Of a DNA stretch of 44,036 bases, positions 24,479 to 32,527 are shown piece by piece. Positions within the stretch are counted from its first letter, which is position 1; each line of letters begins with the position of its first letter. The stretch comes from Candidatus Acidiferrales bacterium. Its GTDB lineage: Bacteria; Acidobacteriota; Terriglobia; Acidiferrales; UBA7541. The translations under genes were made by a program, and so were the position numbers. The notes beneath the pieces were generated by a model. That model was not told where the DNA came from. It searched no databases and saw nothing but the letters and a program-made list of their open reading frames with translations. The stretch is taken from assembly GCA_036390175.1 (NCBI GenBank), contig DASWCG010000080.1, forward strand, positions 1-44,036, read 5' to 3'.

Positions 24479-26254
24479 TCACTTCTTTTTCCCGCGCACA
24501 ATCTTCGCAGGCGCCGGCGCGGGATGCGTCTTGTTCAGAAACCATTGCTGGCCGATGGCTACGATGGTGCTCGTCACGATGTAAAGCATCAGCCCGCTGG
24601 ACCAGGGATAGATTATGAACATTCCGCTGAACATGAGGGGCATGTATTTCATCATTTGCTGCTGGGAAGGATCGGTGGCGGCAACCGGAGTCATCTTCTG
24701 CGTCACGTACATCGAAACGGCCGCCAGCACGGGAAGGACATAGAGGGGATCGCGCGCGGAGAGATCGCGGATCCACAGAATCCACGGCTGGTGGCGCAGC
24801 TCGATGGTGGCGCCCAGCATGCGGTTCAGGCCGAACCAAATGGGGAGCTGCACCAGGCTGAGCAGGCAACTGGCGCCGCCAAACGGATTGATGCCCTCGC
24901 GGTGATAGACCGCCATGACCTCCTGCTGTTTCTGCTGCTGCTTCTCGGTGTCGCGGAAGGAATATTTCTTGTAACGGTCGTTGATCTGGCGGATTTCCGG
25001 CGCGACCTTCTGCATTTTCTGCATGGTGCGCCAGCTGATCACTTTGAGCGGGTACATCACCATGTTGATGGCAAAGGTCATCAAGATAATTGCCCAGCCG
25101 TAGTTGGCAACGTACTTGTGCTCCCACTTCAACAAATAAAAAAGCGGAGCGGAGACGAACTCGAACCAGCCGAATTGCACCAGGGCGTTGAGCGGCGGCG
25201 TCATGCGCTTCAAGTCGTCGTAATCCTTCGGCCCGACATACACGCGAAAATCAAGCGGGCCGGGAGCGGAGGGGCCTGCGGCCATTTCCGAAACGGGCTC
25301 CTGCACGGCCTGGGCGTCCTTGAGGTATTTATATTGCAGCAGCCAGGAGCGCAGCGTGACCCCGCGCGAGGTCCCGCCCTCCGGTTCGGGGAGAAAAACC
25401 GCGGCGAAATAGGTGTCTTCAATGCCGGCGTAATCGTAGGGGCCGGGCCACGCGCCAGTGGGTAACGTGCTTGGCGCGCCGAGATTCTTGTGCGCAGCGA
25501 GGTCGAGCTTCCCCGCCGCGCTCTTGAACACCATCACGCGGTCGAACGGCGCGGGATTGATCACCGTGGTGTCTCCGAACCCGCCGCGCCACGCTACGCC
25601 CGCCACGACCGGCCTGCCATCATGGAGAACCGTAGTGTCCACGTGGACGACGTAGCTGTGGTCGAAGTGAAATTCCTTAGTGACTTCGATGTGGCCGTCG
25701 CTCCACTGGTAGCGCAGATCGGCAGGGGCCCGCAAAGTTTCCCCCGCCGAGGACGCAACATAGAGGGCCGAATTGGCCGCCGCTTCCTGCGTGGCGTCGT
25801 CGAGAACCAGCGAAAACGGCCAGCCGCCAAGCTGCTGCGCAGCGTCGGGGTGAACCAGGTCGAGCGTGCGCGGCGGTTTGTTGTCGTCCTGATACTTCTT
25901 GAGCTTCCAGCTTTTCACCACCGCGCCCCGGTTCGAAAACTCCACGCGATAGAGATCATTCTCGACCACAATACTGCCCTCGTCCGTGGCGGCCTTTGGC
26001 GCGCTGGCCTGCGCCGCAGGTGCGCTGGCCCGCCCCGCACGTGGTCCCGTCGCTTTTTCCGGCCCCGCCGCCGGAGGAAGACTTGTGGCGCCGCCCGGCG
26101 TCTCCGGCGCGGTCGCGCCGGGAGGATTTTGCCCGGGCGGCGGAAGCTTTGGCCCAAAAAACTTGCTCCAAACCATGATGGCAACGATCGCCAGCACCGA
26201 GGCGAGGAGCATCCGCCACTGCGGCGAAAACTCTTTGTTTTGCGGATCGCTCAC
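24479..26254 (-). CDS. yidC: membrane protein insertase YidC
   Basis: The GTG at 26254 ([29 protein letters not shown]) overlaps the yidD stop as GTGA. A large periplasmic domain is followed by the conserved C-terminal TM core ([26 protein letters not shown]). Confidence 0.95.
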   Translation of the reverse strand: MSDPQNKEFSPQWRMLLASVLAIVAIMVWSKFFGPKLPPPGQNPPGATAPETPGGATSLPPAAGPEKATGPRAGRASAPAAQASAPKAATDEGSIVVENDLYRVEFSNRGAVVKSWKLKKYQDDNKPPRTLDLVHPDAAQQLGGWPFSLVLDDATQEAAANSALYVASSAGETLRAPADLRYQWSDGHIEVTKEFHFDHSYVVHVDTTVLHDGRPVVAGVAWRGGFGDTTVINPAPFDRVMVFKSAAGKLDLAAHKNLGAPSTLPTGAWPGPYDYAGIEDTYFAAVFLPEPEGGTSRGVTLRSWLLQYKYLKDAQAVQEPVSEMAAGPSAPGPLDFRVYVGPKDYDDLKRMTPPLNALVQFGWFEFVSAPLFYLLKWEHKYVANYGWAIILMTFAINMVMYPLKVISWRTMQKMQKVAPEIRQINDRYKKYSFRDTEKQQQKQQEVMAVYHREGINPFGGASCLLSLVQLPIWFGLNRMLGATIELRHQPWILWIRDLSARDPLYVLPVLAAVSMYVTQKMTPVAATDPSQQQMMKYMPLMFSGMFIIYPWSSGLMLYIVTSTIVAIGQQWFLNKTHPAPAPAKIVRGKKK

Positions 26255-26484
26255 GCGCGAGTCCCTTTTTCGGCAGGCACCGGGTCGAAGCCGCCGCGCG
26301 CAAACGGATGGCAGCGGAGAAGGCGCCTCAGCGCCAGCCACGCGCCCTGCGCGACGCCGTGGAGCTCGATCGCTTCATACGCGTACCGCGAGCAGGAAGG
26401 ATAGAAACGGCAAGAGCCAATCATCAGCGGCGAAAGAAACGCCTGGTAGAAACGAAGCGCGAGCAATGCCGCGTGGATGCCCAC
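26251..26484 (-). CDS. yidD: membrane protein insertion efficiency factor YidD
   Basis: Contains [35 protein letters not shown] and LRCHPF. I chose the GTG at 26484, giving 77 aa. Confidence 0.85.
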   Translation of the reverse strand: MGIHAALLALRFYQAFLSPLMIGSCRFYPSCSRYAYEAIELHGVAQGAWLALRRLLRCHPFARGGFDPVPAEKGTRA

Positions 26485-26531
26485 ACCATGCCGGCGCGGC
26501 GCCCTCCCGGAAAACCCGGGGCGGCCCGGCG

Positions 26532-26852
26532 CTACGCCTTTGCTGTCGTCTGGAGTAAGCGCAACAGCTCGGCCGTCAGCGCGGAAAACTCCGCGCCGGC
26601 CACCGAACTCCGCGGGTGAATGACGATGTCCCATCCCGAAGGTATCTCCGAAAAATTCTGCCGCAGGATTTCGCGGATGCGCCGCTTGATGCGATTGCGG
26701 ACCACCGCGCCGCCCACAGCCTTTTTCACGCTGATTCCCAGGCGGCTGTGCCCGAGGCCGTTGGCCCGGGCGAAGGCCGCAAATTGCGCGCTCGCGCGCC
26801 GCCGCCCGGCGCGATATACCGCTTCGAACTCCGCGCGCCGTAACAGCCGCAC
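26532..26852 (-). CDS. rnpA: RNase P protein component
   Basis: Contains [38 protein letters not shown]. The first canonical start is the GTG at 26852. Confidence 0.85.
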   Translation of the reverse strand: MRLLRRAEFEAVYRAGRRRASAQFAAFARANGLGHSRLGISVKKAVGGAVVRNRIKRRIREILRQNFSEIPSGWDIVIHPRSSVAGAEFSALTAELLRLLQTTAKA

Positions 26853-26907
26853 CGCGCGAGGAAAGCGATGCGAGGTTCCCGCGCCCCCGGGCGGGACCCG
26901 CGCGGAA

Positions 26908-27048
26908 CTAGATTGGCGTGAGGCGATGACGTCCCTTCTTGCGGCGCGCCGCCAGCACTTTGCGTCCGCCCTTGCTCTTCATGCGCGCGCGGAACCCGTG
27001 GGTCTTGTGACGGCGGCGCACTTTGGGTTGAAAGGTGCGTTTCGGCAA
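26908..27048 (-). CDS. rpmH: 50S ribosomal protein L34
   Basis: Below the ORF-track size cut-off. From the TTG at 27048 the minus strand reads (M)[45 protein letters not shown], then a stop. GGGGGAG lies upstream. Confidence 0.9.
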   Translation of the reverse strand: MPKRTFQPKVRRRHKTHGFRARMKSKGGRKVLAARRKKGRHRLTPI

Positions 27049-27095
27049 CGAGAGCTCCCCCTCAGGCCGCGTCCGCGCCCCGAGTCAAAAAAGTT

Positions 27096-27124
27096 AGTGT
27101 AGTCGAGCCTTCGAGGCCGGTCAA
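27096..27124 (-). promoter_or_regulatory. putative sigma70-type promoter of rpmH-rnpA
   Basis: The minus strand reads TTGACC (27124-27119), a 17 nt spacer, then TACACT (27101-27096). Lies about 48 nt upstream of the rpmH start. Confidence 0.4.
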
Positions 27125-27261
27125 GGAAGTGACGGGCAGGCTATACGAACGGGGAAAGTGAGCTCGCCGGCGTCGAGCAACCCCTGGCCCGCGGTGACAA
27201 TGATAGGCGAGCAAAGGGGATCACCAGGGTCATAAATTTTTTTCTCTTTTTTGCAGTGCTT

Positions 27262-27289
27262 GTAGAGACGGGGCAAGCCCCGTCTCTAC
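27262..27289. repeat. perfect 12 bp inverted repeat (stem-loop)
   Basis: GTAGAGACGGGG-CAAG-CCCCGTCTCTAC. A T-rich run (27233-27252) lies on its left side only, so it is not a canonical terminator in either orientation. Confidence 0.8.
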
Positions 27290-27298
27290 GGTTCTCGG

Positions 27299-27478
27299 CT
27301 ACGGCAGAACGATGATTTGGCCGACCATTCCCAATTCGTCGTGCAGCACATATTTGTACTGGTAAACCCCGGGCTGAGTGAAGGTCACGCGGAAGCGGGT
27401 CACGCCCAGCTGGGCGTGTGGCAAACCAATACGATCTTGCGGCGCCCATGTGTCAACGACAGGGGAAAAATGGCAAGG
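27299..27478 (-). pseudogene. cupredoxin-domain C-terminal remnant (no start codon, N-terminal half missing)
   Basis: The open frame between TGA (27479-27481) and TAG (27299-27301) reads ...VTRFRVTFTQPGVYQYKYVLHDELGMVGQIIVLP. The spacing matches the type-1 copper site C-x2-H-x4-M, but Tyr replaces the Cys. There is no ATG/GTG/TTG near the 5' end of the frame. Confidence 0.4.
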
Positions 27479-27862
27479 TCAGTTTCCGAGTAGCCCGTGA
27501 TCCACCCGCAATCGGTAGCCAGAGGCCCCCGCCCGCGACCGTCTATCCTGCACCTTTGGGATGAGTCAGTTGCGAAAATCGTCCCAGGGAGGCCGCCAGT
27601 AACTAAAACGCGCAGGATTAATCATTTCTACTTCGTGCAGCCCCGAGGATGCACCTGGAGCAATTCACGGTCGTTGGCATTCGCGAGGCCCGCACCGTCA
27701 CTCGTTCAACTTTGGCCTAGACCGCGCGCAGCGGCGAGTCGGGACCTCTTGGTCAATCCGCCCCGTGCCCGCCCGGGGCGCGGTGACTAACCCATCACAC
27801 ACGCCCTCGTGCGAATCCGCGCGTTACGAACGGGCCCGCGTGGAGGCATCTCGGGTTGGGGC

Positions 27863-28390
27863 TCAGAAGGGACAGTTTCCCGGGTTTGGAAGATCCGTGC
27901 GAAGAGGGTTCGCACCCACTGGGACCATATACGTCACGACCGCTTCCGCGACGCTACCGGTCTCGTTCCTCACCATGTGAATGTGGTTGTTCGTCGCGGC
28001 TTCAACAGCCCCGGTTCCGGCGGTAAAGACATGCGGCGTGCACGTCGGATCATCACCCTCGTAGACGGTCAGCGTTCCTGTCCGCACGGTGAAAAACACC
28101 GGGCCCGGATGCGTGTGCCACCCGCTGAACCCACCCGGCTGGAAAGTGACGATCTGAGTCGCCACATCGATGGGTTGGTCGGCATCCAGCCTAATTGTAA
28201 AATCGAGGGCCTTGTCCTTTCGTTTCACGCTGAACTCCGGCACCGTCGCGCGTCCAACCAGGCTGAACGAGATCCCCGAAGGGGGCGTTGCTTTGATGAC
28301 GAAGGCTGTCGCACAAATGAATGCGCCGACCGCCACAATTGTTGCGATGTGAACGAGCTTCATATTTTTCGACATGTGAATTCCGGACAT
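27863..28390 (-). CDS. secreted cupin-domain protein
   Basis: AGGAGG lies 5 nt before the ATG at 28390. The signal/TM segment is MKLVHIATIVAVGAFICATAFV. The cupin motif is FQPGGFSGWHTHPGPVFFTV. Confidence 0.8.
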   Translation of the reverse strand: MSGIHMSKNMKLVHIATIVAVGAFICATAFVIKATPPSGISFSLVGRATVPEFSVKRKDKALDFTIRLDADQPIDVATQIVTFQPGGFSGWHTHPGPVFFTVRTGTLTVYEGDDPTCTPHVFTAGTGAVEAATNNHIHMVRNETGSVAEAVVTYMVPVGANPLRTDLPNPGNCPF

Positions 28391-28617
28391 ACGTTCCTCC
28401 TAATGCCAACTCGGTGGCAAACGGACCCTCGAAGGTCAGCGCCCCTTCCTTGGCATGTCCGCAAGAATCCCCTCGGCCACGCGCGGGAGCAAGCTGCAAG
28501 AGACGTCACAGCTATGGTTGCCACGTAATGCGGCGCAATTTGCGCTGTTGGCGCCCATTGGCATAGAATTTATCCCACGTCAGCACTTATCAGCCACGGC
28601 GAAAAAGAGTGGTATAT

Positions 28618-30417
28618 ATGAAGGACTCCTCGCCAGTCTCATCTCCAGGACCGTCCGACCGGTCCGCTGAAGCCCCCCTCGATTCTTGGAAGGAAATTGC
28701 CACTCACGTAAAACGGGACGTCAGCACGGTTCAACGCTGGGAAAAGCGTGAGGGCATGCCCGTTCATCGCCACGTCCACGACAAGCGCGGCTCTGTCTAC
28801 GCGTTCAGTTCCGAGCTCGATGCTTGGTTGCAAAGCCGCAAACTGCGTTTGGAGGAAGAAGAGGAAGGAGACAAAGCGGAAACACCGGTGGATGCGGAAT
28901 GTGGCCACGGAACAAAAGGGACCCCGCGGGCGCGTCTTCGGCTTGTTCTGGCTGGGATGGCGGCACTCGCCTTGCTTTCTGTCACTTACGTCCTGATCCG
29001 GAGCCGCGCAGGGAATTCGAGGCAAGCCAAAATCAGTTCCCTTGCAGTATTGCCGCTGAAAAACCTCTCGGGCGATTCAACACAGGAATACCTTGCTGAC
29101 GGGATGACCGAGGCTCTCATCGGACGCCTCTCCGGGATCCACGATCTGCGCGTCATTTCCCGCACGTCGGTGATGCGCTTCAAGGACACACAGCTCTCGG
29201 TGCCAGAGATTGCCAAAACGCTCCGAGTGGATGCCATCCTCGAAGGGTCGGTAATACGAGAGGGAAGTCGGATTCGCGTCCACGCCCAGTTGATTCGCGG
29301 CGCAACCGACGAGCACATTTGGTCGGAAGAATACGAGCGAGAATATCGAAGCATTCTTGTCTTACAGGAGGAAGTCGCCCGGAGCATCGCCGAGCGAGCC
29401 AAGATCAGCTTCACGCGCCAGGAGCGAGTAGATCTGGCACCTACGCGAGCCGTGGACCCCGAAGCTTACGAGGACTACTTGAAGGGCCGGTACTACTTCA
29501 ACCAGCGAACGGCGGACGCGCTGAACAAAAGCATCGCGTATTTCCAACAGGCAACCTCCAGAGACCCGAGCTACGCCTTGGCGTATAGCGGCTTGGCTGA
29601 CACGTACGCGCTGCTTGGGTTTCGCGGCCGCTTTCCGTCGAAAGACGCCCTGTCGCGAGCGAAGGCAGCAGCGCTGAAAGCCATCGCATTGGATGACACT
29701 CTCGCCGAACCTCACGCATCTCTCGCATTCATCGCCGAGACTCATGAATGGGATTGGCCGACTGCGGAGCGAGAATACAAACGCGCCCTCGAGCTCAATC
29801 CAGGTTACGCGGCGGGTCACAACTGGTATGCGGGTTATCTGATGTATGTAGGGCGATTTGAGGAGGGGATTGCCGAAGCCAAGCGCGCCCGGGACCTCGA
29901 TCCGCTGTCCTTGCCGGTCAACAATGCCCTGGCGGGCAGGTTGCTCGTAGCGGGTCGCGTCCACGAGGCGCTGGAGCAATTGCAGAAGACTTTGGAAATG
30001 GATCCCCATTTTGCCCCAGCCCACCAGACCCTTGGCTGGGCCTACCTGAATATGGGAAAGAACGAGCAAGCCATTCAAGAGTTTCAACAGGCGCTCCAAC
30101 TCTCCGGAACCGGCGATACGGACCGCATGCTGGACCTTGGTTTCGCCTATGCCGCAGTGGGCAAGCGAGAGGAGGCGCGTAAGATACTCGCCAAACTGAA
30201 GAAACTACACGAGCAGGGGCTTGTGCCATCCGGTTCAATCGCGATTCTCTATGGAGCCTTGGGTGAGTTGGACAAGGCTTTCGCCTGGCTGGAAAAGGCT
30301 TATGAGGAGCATGACCCTGAACTTACGTATCTCAAAGTGCCGGCCCGGCGGTTCGAGCCCCTACGTCACGACCCGCGCTTCCAAGATCTACTGCGCCGCA
30401 TGGGCCTCCCCCCGTAG
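28618..30417 (+). CDS. HTH (excisionase/MerR-like) - TM - TolB-N-like - TPR regulator or sensor
   Basis: The N-terminal HTH reads LDSWKEIATHVKRDVSTVQRWEKREGMPV. The TM helix is LVLAGMAALALLSVTYVLI, followed by LAVLPLKNLSGDSTQEYLADGMTEALIGRLS and a TPR array. The start is ATG 28618 or GTG 28609. Confidence 0.8.
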   Translation: MKDSSPVSSPGPSDRSAEAPLDSWKEIATHVKRDVSTVQRWEKREGMPVHRHVHDKRGSVYAFSSELDAWLQSRKLRLEEEEEGDKAETPVDAECGHGTKGTPRARLRLVLAGMAALALLSVTYVLIRSRAGNSRQAKISSLAVLPLKNLSGDSTQEYLADGMTEALIGRLSGIHDLRVISRTSVMRFKDTQLSVPEIAKTLRVDAILEGSVIREGSRIRVHAQLIRGATDEHIWSEEYEREYRSILVLQEEVARSIAERAKISFTRQERVDLAPTRAVDPEAYEDYLKGRYYFNQRTADALNKSIAYFQQATSRDPSYALAYSGLADTYALLGFRGRFPSKDALSRAKAAALKAIALDDTLAEPHASLAFIAETHEWDWPTAEREYKRALELNPGYAAGHNWYAGYLMYVGRFEEGIAEAKRARDLDPLSLPVNNALAGRLLVAGRVHEALEQLQKTLEMDPHFAPAHQTLGWAYLNMGKNEQAIQEFQQALQLSGTGDTDRMLDLGFAYAAVGKREEARKILAKLKKLHEQGLVPSGSIAILYGALGELDKAFAWLEKAYEEHDPELTYLKVPARRFEPLRHDPRFQDLLRRMGLPP

Positions 30418-30575
30418 GCCAGGCACTGCACATATCTCCCGCGCCCGTGTCTGACACTCCCGAGACATCCAGTCGCCCGAACGCCGCGGGCTTCTTGCCA
30501 AGCATTTGAAATAACTGCTGGAGACGGACTACCTCGCAGTTGCTGTAAGCAGGACCTAGTTGGGGGAATGGGATA

Positions 30576-30599
30576 AGGAGCCCCAAGAGTGGGGCTCCT
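30576..30599. other. perfect 10 bp stem-loop between convergent genes
   Basis: AGGAGCCCCA-AGAG-TGGGGCTCCT. No adjacent U-tract on either strand. Confidence 0.6.
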
Positions 30600-30619
30600 C
30601 ATCACCATTAAAGTTGCCG

Positions 30620-30647
30620 ATAAGAGCGCACGCAGGGGCGCTCTTAT
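30620..30647. other. perfect 10 bp stem-loop abutting the stop codon of the 30647..31180 gene
   Basis: ATAAGAGCGC-ACGCAGGG-GCGCTCTTAT. It may act as a terminator for the minus-strand operon, although the U-tract is weak. Confidence 0.5.
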
Positions 30648-31180
30648 TAACTCTTACCGCTAGATCCGGACTCCGACTCGGAATCCCTGATGTCTGCGTT
30701 CGCCTGCTTCGTTGCTGTCCTTGCTTCCGCCTTGGCGGGCACGTTCGGGTTGCATACCTTAATGGCCTGGCCGAGGTTCGAGGACGAAAGAGCCATGAGG
30801 CTGCAGGCAGGGAATTTGTGGTTGATGTGAAGAGCCGCAATGCACCGGCCCAAGGTCTTGAAGGGTGCGCTTGCGCAAGTCTGAGCAAGCGTCATACCGC
30901 TTGGCAACGATATGCCGCTCTTTGAGAGGGCATTCGTCAGCGCTCCACTGAGACTTGAGTTACGCGAGAGCACCTCGCCCGGCAAGCTGTTGCTGGAGCT
31001 ATTGCTGCCATGCGTGGAAGAGTTGTTCGTGGCGGAGTTCCCCGAGGAGCCGCGCGGCGTACCAGTGCCGCCCGTGCCTCCGGGGTGGCTGCCGCTGCGA
31101 CCCTGCGCCCACGCCGATGCGCCGGCGAGCCACAGGATCACAACCAGCGAAAGTACCGTTACGATGGAACGCTTTATCAT
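30647..31180 (-). CDS. small secreted protein: Ser/Asn/Gly-rich N-terminal part and a four-Cys C-terminal part; unknown function
   Basis: AGGAGG lies 8 nt before the ATG at 31180. The signal peptide is MIKRSIVTVLSLVVILWLAGASAWA. A low-complexity stretch (GRSGSHPGGTGGTGTPRGSSGNSATNNSSTHGSNSSSN) is followed by a Cys-bearing segment (QTCASAPFKTLGRCIAALHINHKFPACS...KVCNPN). Confidence 0.6.
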   Translation of the reverse strand: MIKRSIVTVLSLVVILWLAGASAWAQGRSGSHPGGTGGTGTPRGSSGNSATNNSSTHGSNSSSNSLPGEVLSRNSSLSGALTNALSKSGISLPSGMTLAQTCASAPFKTLGRCIAALHINHKFPACSLMALSSSNLGQAIKVCNPNVPAKAEARTATKQANADIRDSESESGSSGKS

Positions 31181-31226
31181 GTTCTTATCCTCCTGACGTT
31201 TTCCTGTAAAGGCCACACAAATTCTT

Positions 31227-32132
31227 TTACTGCCTCGCTTTGTGGAGCACAGAGCTGAGATTCACTCCGACTCCAAAAGAAATCGTATTCAATTGAAAAT
31301 GCACGCTGCGGCTGTAACCCAATTCGAAATCGAGGGCGCGGATCGGGTTCACATCCAGCGCCGCGCTGAAACCATTGTCGCGGACCAGGCTGGCGCCTCC
31401 CGTGGTTTCGACGGCGTTCTCAAACACGCGCCCATGTTTCACGGTCCCGCCTGCGCCGCCGGAAGTCGTCGTCACAAGCCGGCTGAAAACCTTCTGCTGG
31501 CCCCAGGGCGCGACATCGTACGCCGAGGCCCTTACGCTTACCGAGTGGCCCAGATCATACTCCGTTCCCGCTTCGAAGTGCGCCACTGTGCCGAGGGTCA
31601 CAAAAGGCCGCTCAAAGAAACGCGTGTTGTAAAGGGAGTTGCCCACGCCAAGATTGGCGAAAGGAGTCCACCTGTCGAATTCCCGGGAAAAGTTATTGCC
31701 CCAATCGAACGTCGCCCGGCCCGTGCTGAGCCCTTTCTTGGTATCGCCGCTCGGCGCGGCCCCGGTCAGCGTGGTGACGTAGTTCACAGCGGGATTCTTG
31801 AACGTCAGCCGGAAATTCGTGAAGATGTCGCCCAGACCGCTGTTGCTGACCTGGGTGCCCGTGGAAGTGGTGCCGCGCGTGAAAAAGATGGGAATGCCCA
31901 AGTCCCAACTGAAATGCTTGTTGAAAACGTATCCCGCCGCGGAGGTCAGGTCCATGGCTTGGCCGTCCGCGTTTGAGCTGCCCTCAAAACTTTCAGACAG
32001 CGTCACGCCGTGCTCCTGCTGTTCTCCCTTCCGCGGCGTCGCAGTGCCCGCGGGAGCCTGTGCCGCAGCGGTCTCTGCCAAGAACAAAGCTAGAGCGACA
32101 AGAAAATATCTGGCCCCCTTATGGAGACGCAT
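31227..32132 (-). CDS. outer-membrane beta-barrel protein (MetA-pathway/transporter-like)
   Basis: The signal peptide is MRLHKGARYFLVALALFLAETAAAQA. It shows the alternating-hydrophobic beta-strand pattern with Gly/Ser/Thr/Asn-rich loops. 301 aa. Confidence 0.7.
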   Translation of the reverse strand: MRLHKGARYFLVALALFLAETAAAQAPAGTATPRKGEQQEHGVTLSESFEGSSNADGQAMDLTSAAGYVFNKHFSWDLGIPIFFTRGTTSTGTQVSNSGLGDIFTNFRLTFKNPAVNYVTTLTGAAPSGDTKKGLSTGRATFDWGNNFSREFDRWTPFANLGVGNSLYNTRFFERPFVTLGTVAHFEAGTEYDLGHSVSVRASAYDVAPWGQQKVFSRLVTTTSGGAGGTVKHGRVFENAVETTGGASLVRDNGFSAALDVNPIRALDFELGYSRSVHFQLNTISFGVGVNLSSVLHKARQ

Positions 32133-32464
32133 TGCTCGGAGTCCCTCCGCAAATCATTTAGACGCGATCTAGAACCGTTACCGTTGTCAGCAAATTCGCA
32201 CGAATTCCTCACAACGTCACCTAATTACACAATTCCACCTAACAGGGAGAATGCACCGCGCTTGCCGTCCCTCGATAAAGTAATAACTCCAACAGAATGT
32301 GTATATTAGCCTTGGTGTGGAGGTCAGAAACCCGCTCGGACGGCGGAATTTCTTACATTGCAGATGGCGTTTCTTCGGGGTAGTGGTCCGCTCTCTCGAT
32401 TCTCTCGATACTAAATGTCATACACAAAAGAGCAGCTAAACATGACACTTAGAAGAAGCACGAA

Positions 32465-32504
32465 GCGAAAAAAGAAGGGGAGGGTGCATTTTCGCACCCT
32501 CCTC
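32465..32504 (-). terminator. rho-independent terminator of the TonB-dependent receptor gene
   Basis: The minus strand reads GAGGAGGGUGC-GAAAAU-GCACCCUCCCC followed by UUCUUUUUUCGC. It starts 23 nt after the stop at 32528. Confidence 0.8.
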
Positions 32505-32527
32505 AGCTAATGGCCTGTATCGGGCCG

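Noticed and set aside
27262-27289. Perfect 12 bp hairpin considered as a rho-independent terminator
   Set aside because: The T-run lies 5' of the stem on the plus strand, which gives an A-run 3' on the minus strand. Neither orientation therefore has the stem followed by a U-tract. I kept it only as a structural repeat.
27498-27506. DnaA-box-like TGATCCACC, and the idea that oriC lies upstream of rpmH
   Set aside because: It is a single 7-of-9 match to TTATCCACA. I found no cluster of boxes, no AT-rich unwinding element and no dnaA gene nearby. The evidence is insufficient.
27141-27790. Track ORFs 27141..27449 (-) and 27497..27790 (+)
   Set aside because: Their products are Arg/Pro/Ser-rich with no motif. 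The first is out of frame with the cupredoxin-like reading that occupies the same DNA. I treat the region as non-coding or decayed.
30350-30360. tRNA T-loop-like GGTTCGAGCCC
   Set aside because: It lies inside the HTH-TPR coding frame (RRFEPL). It has no flanking acceptor or anticodon arms.
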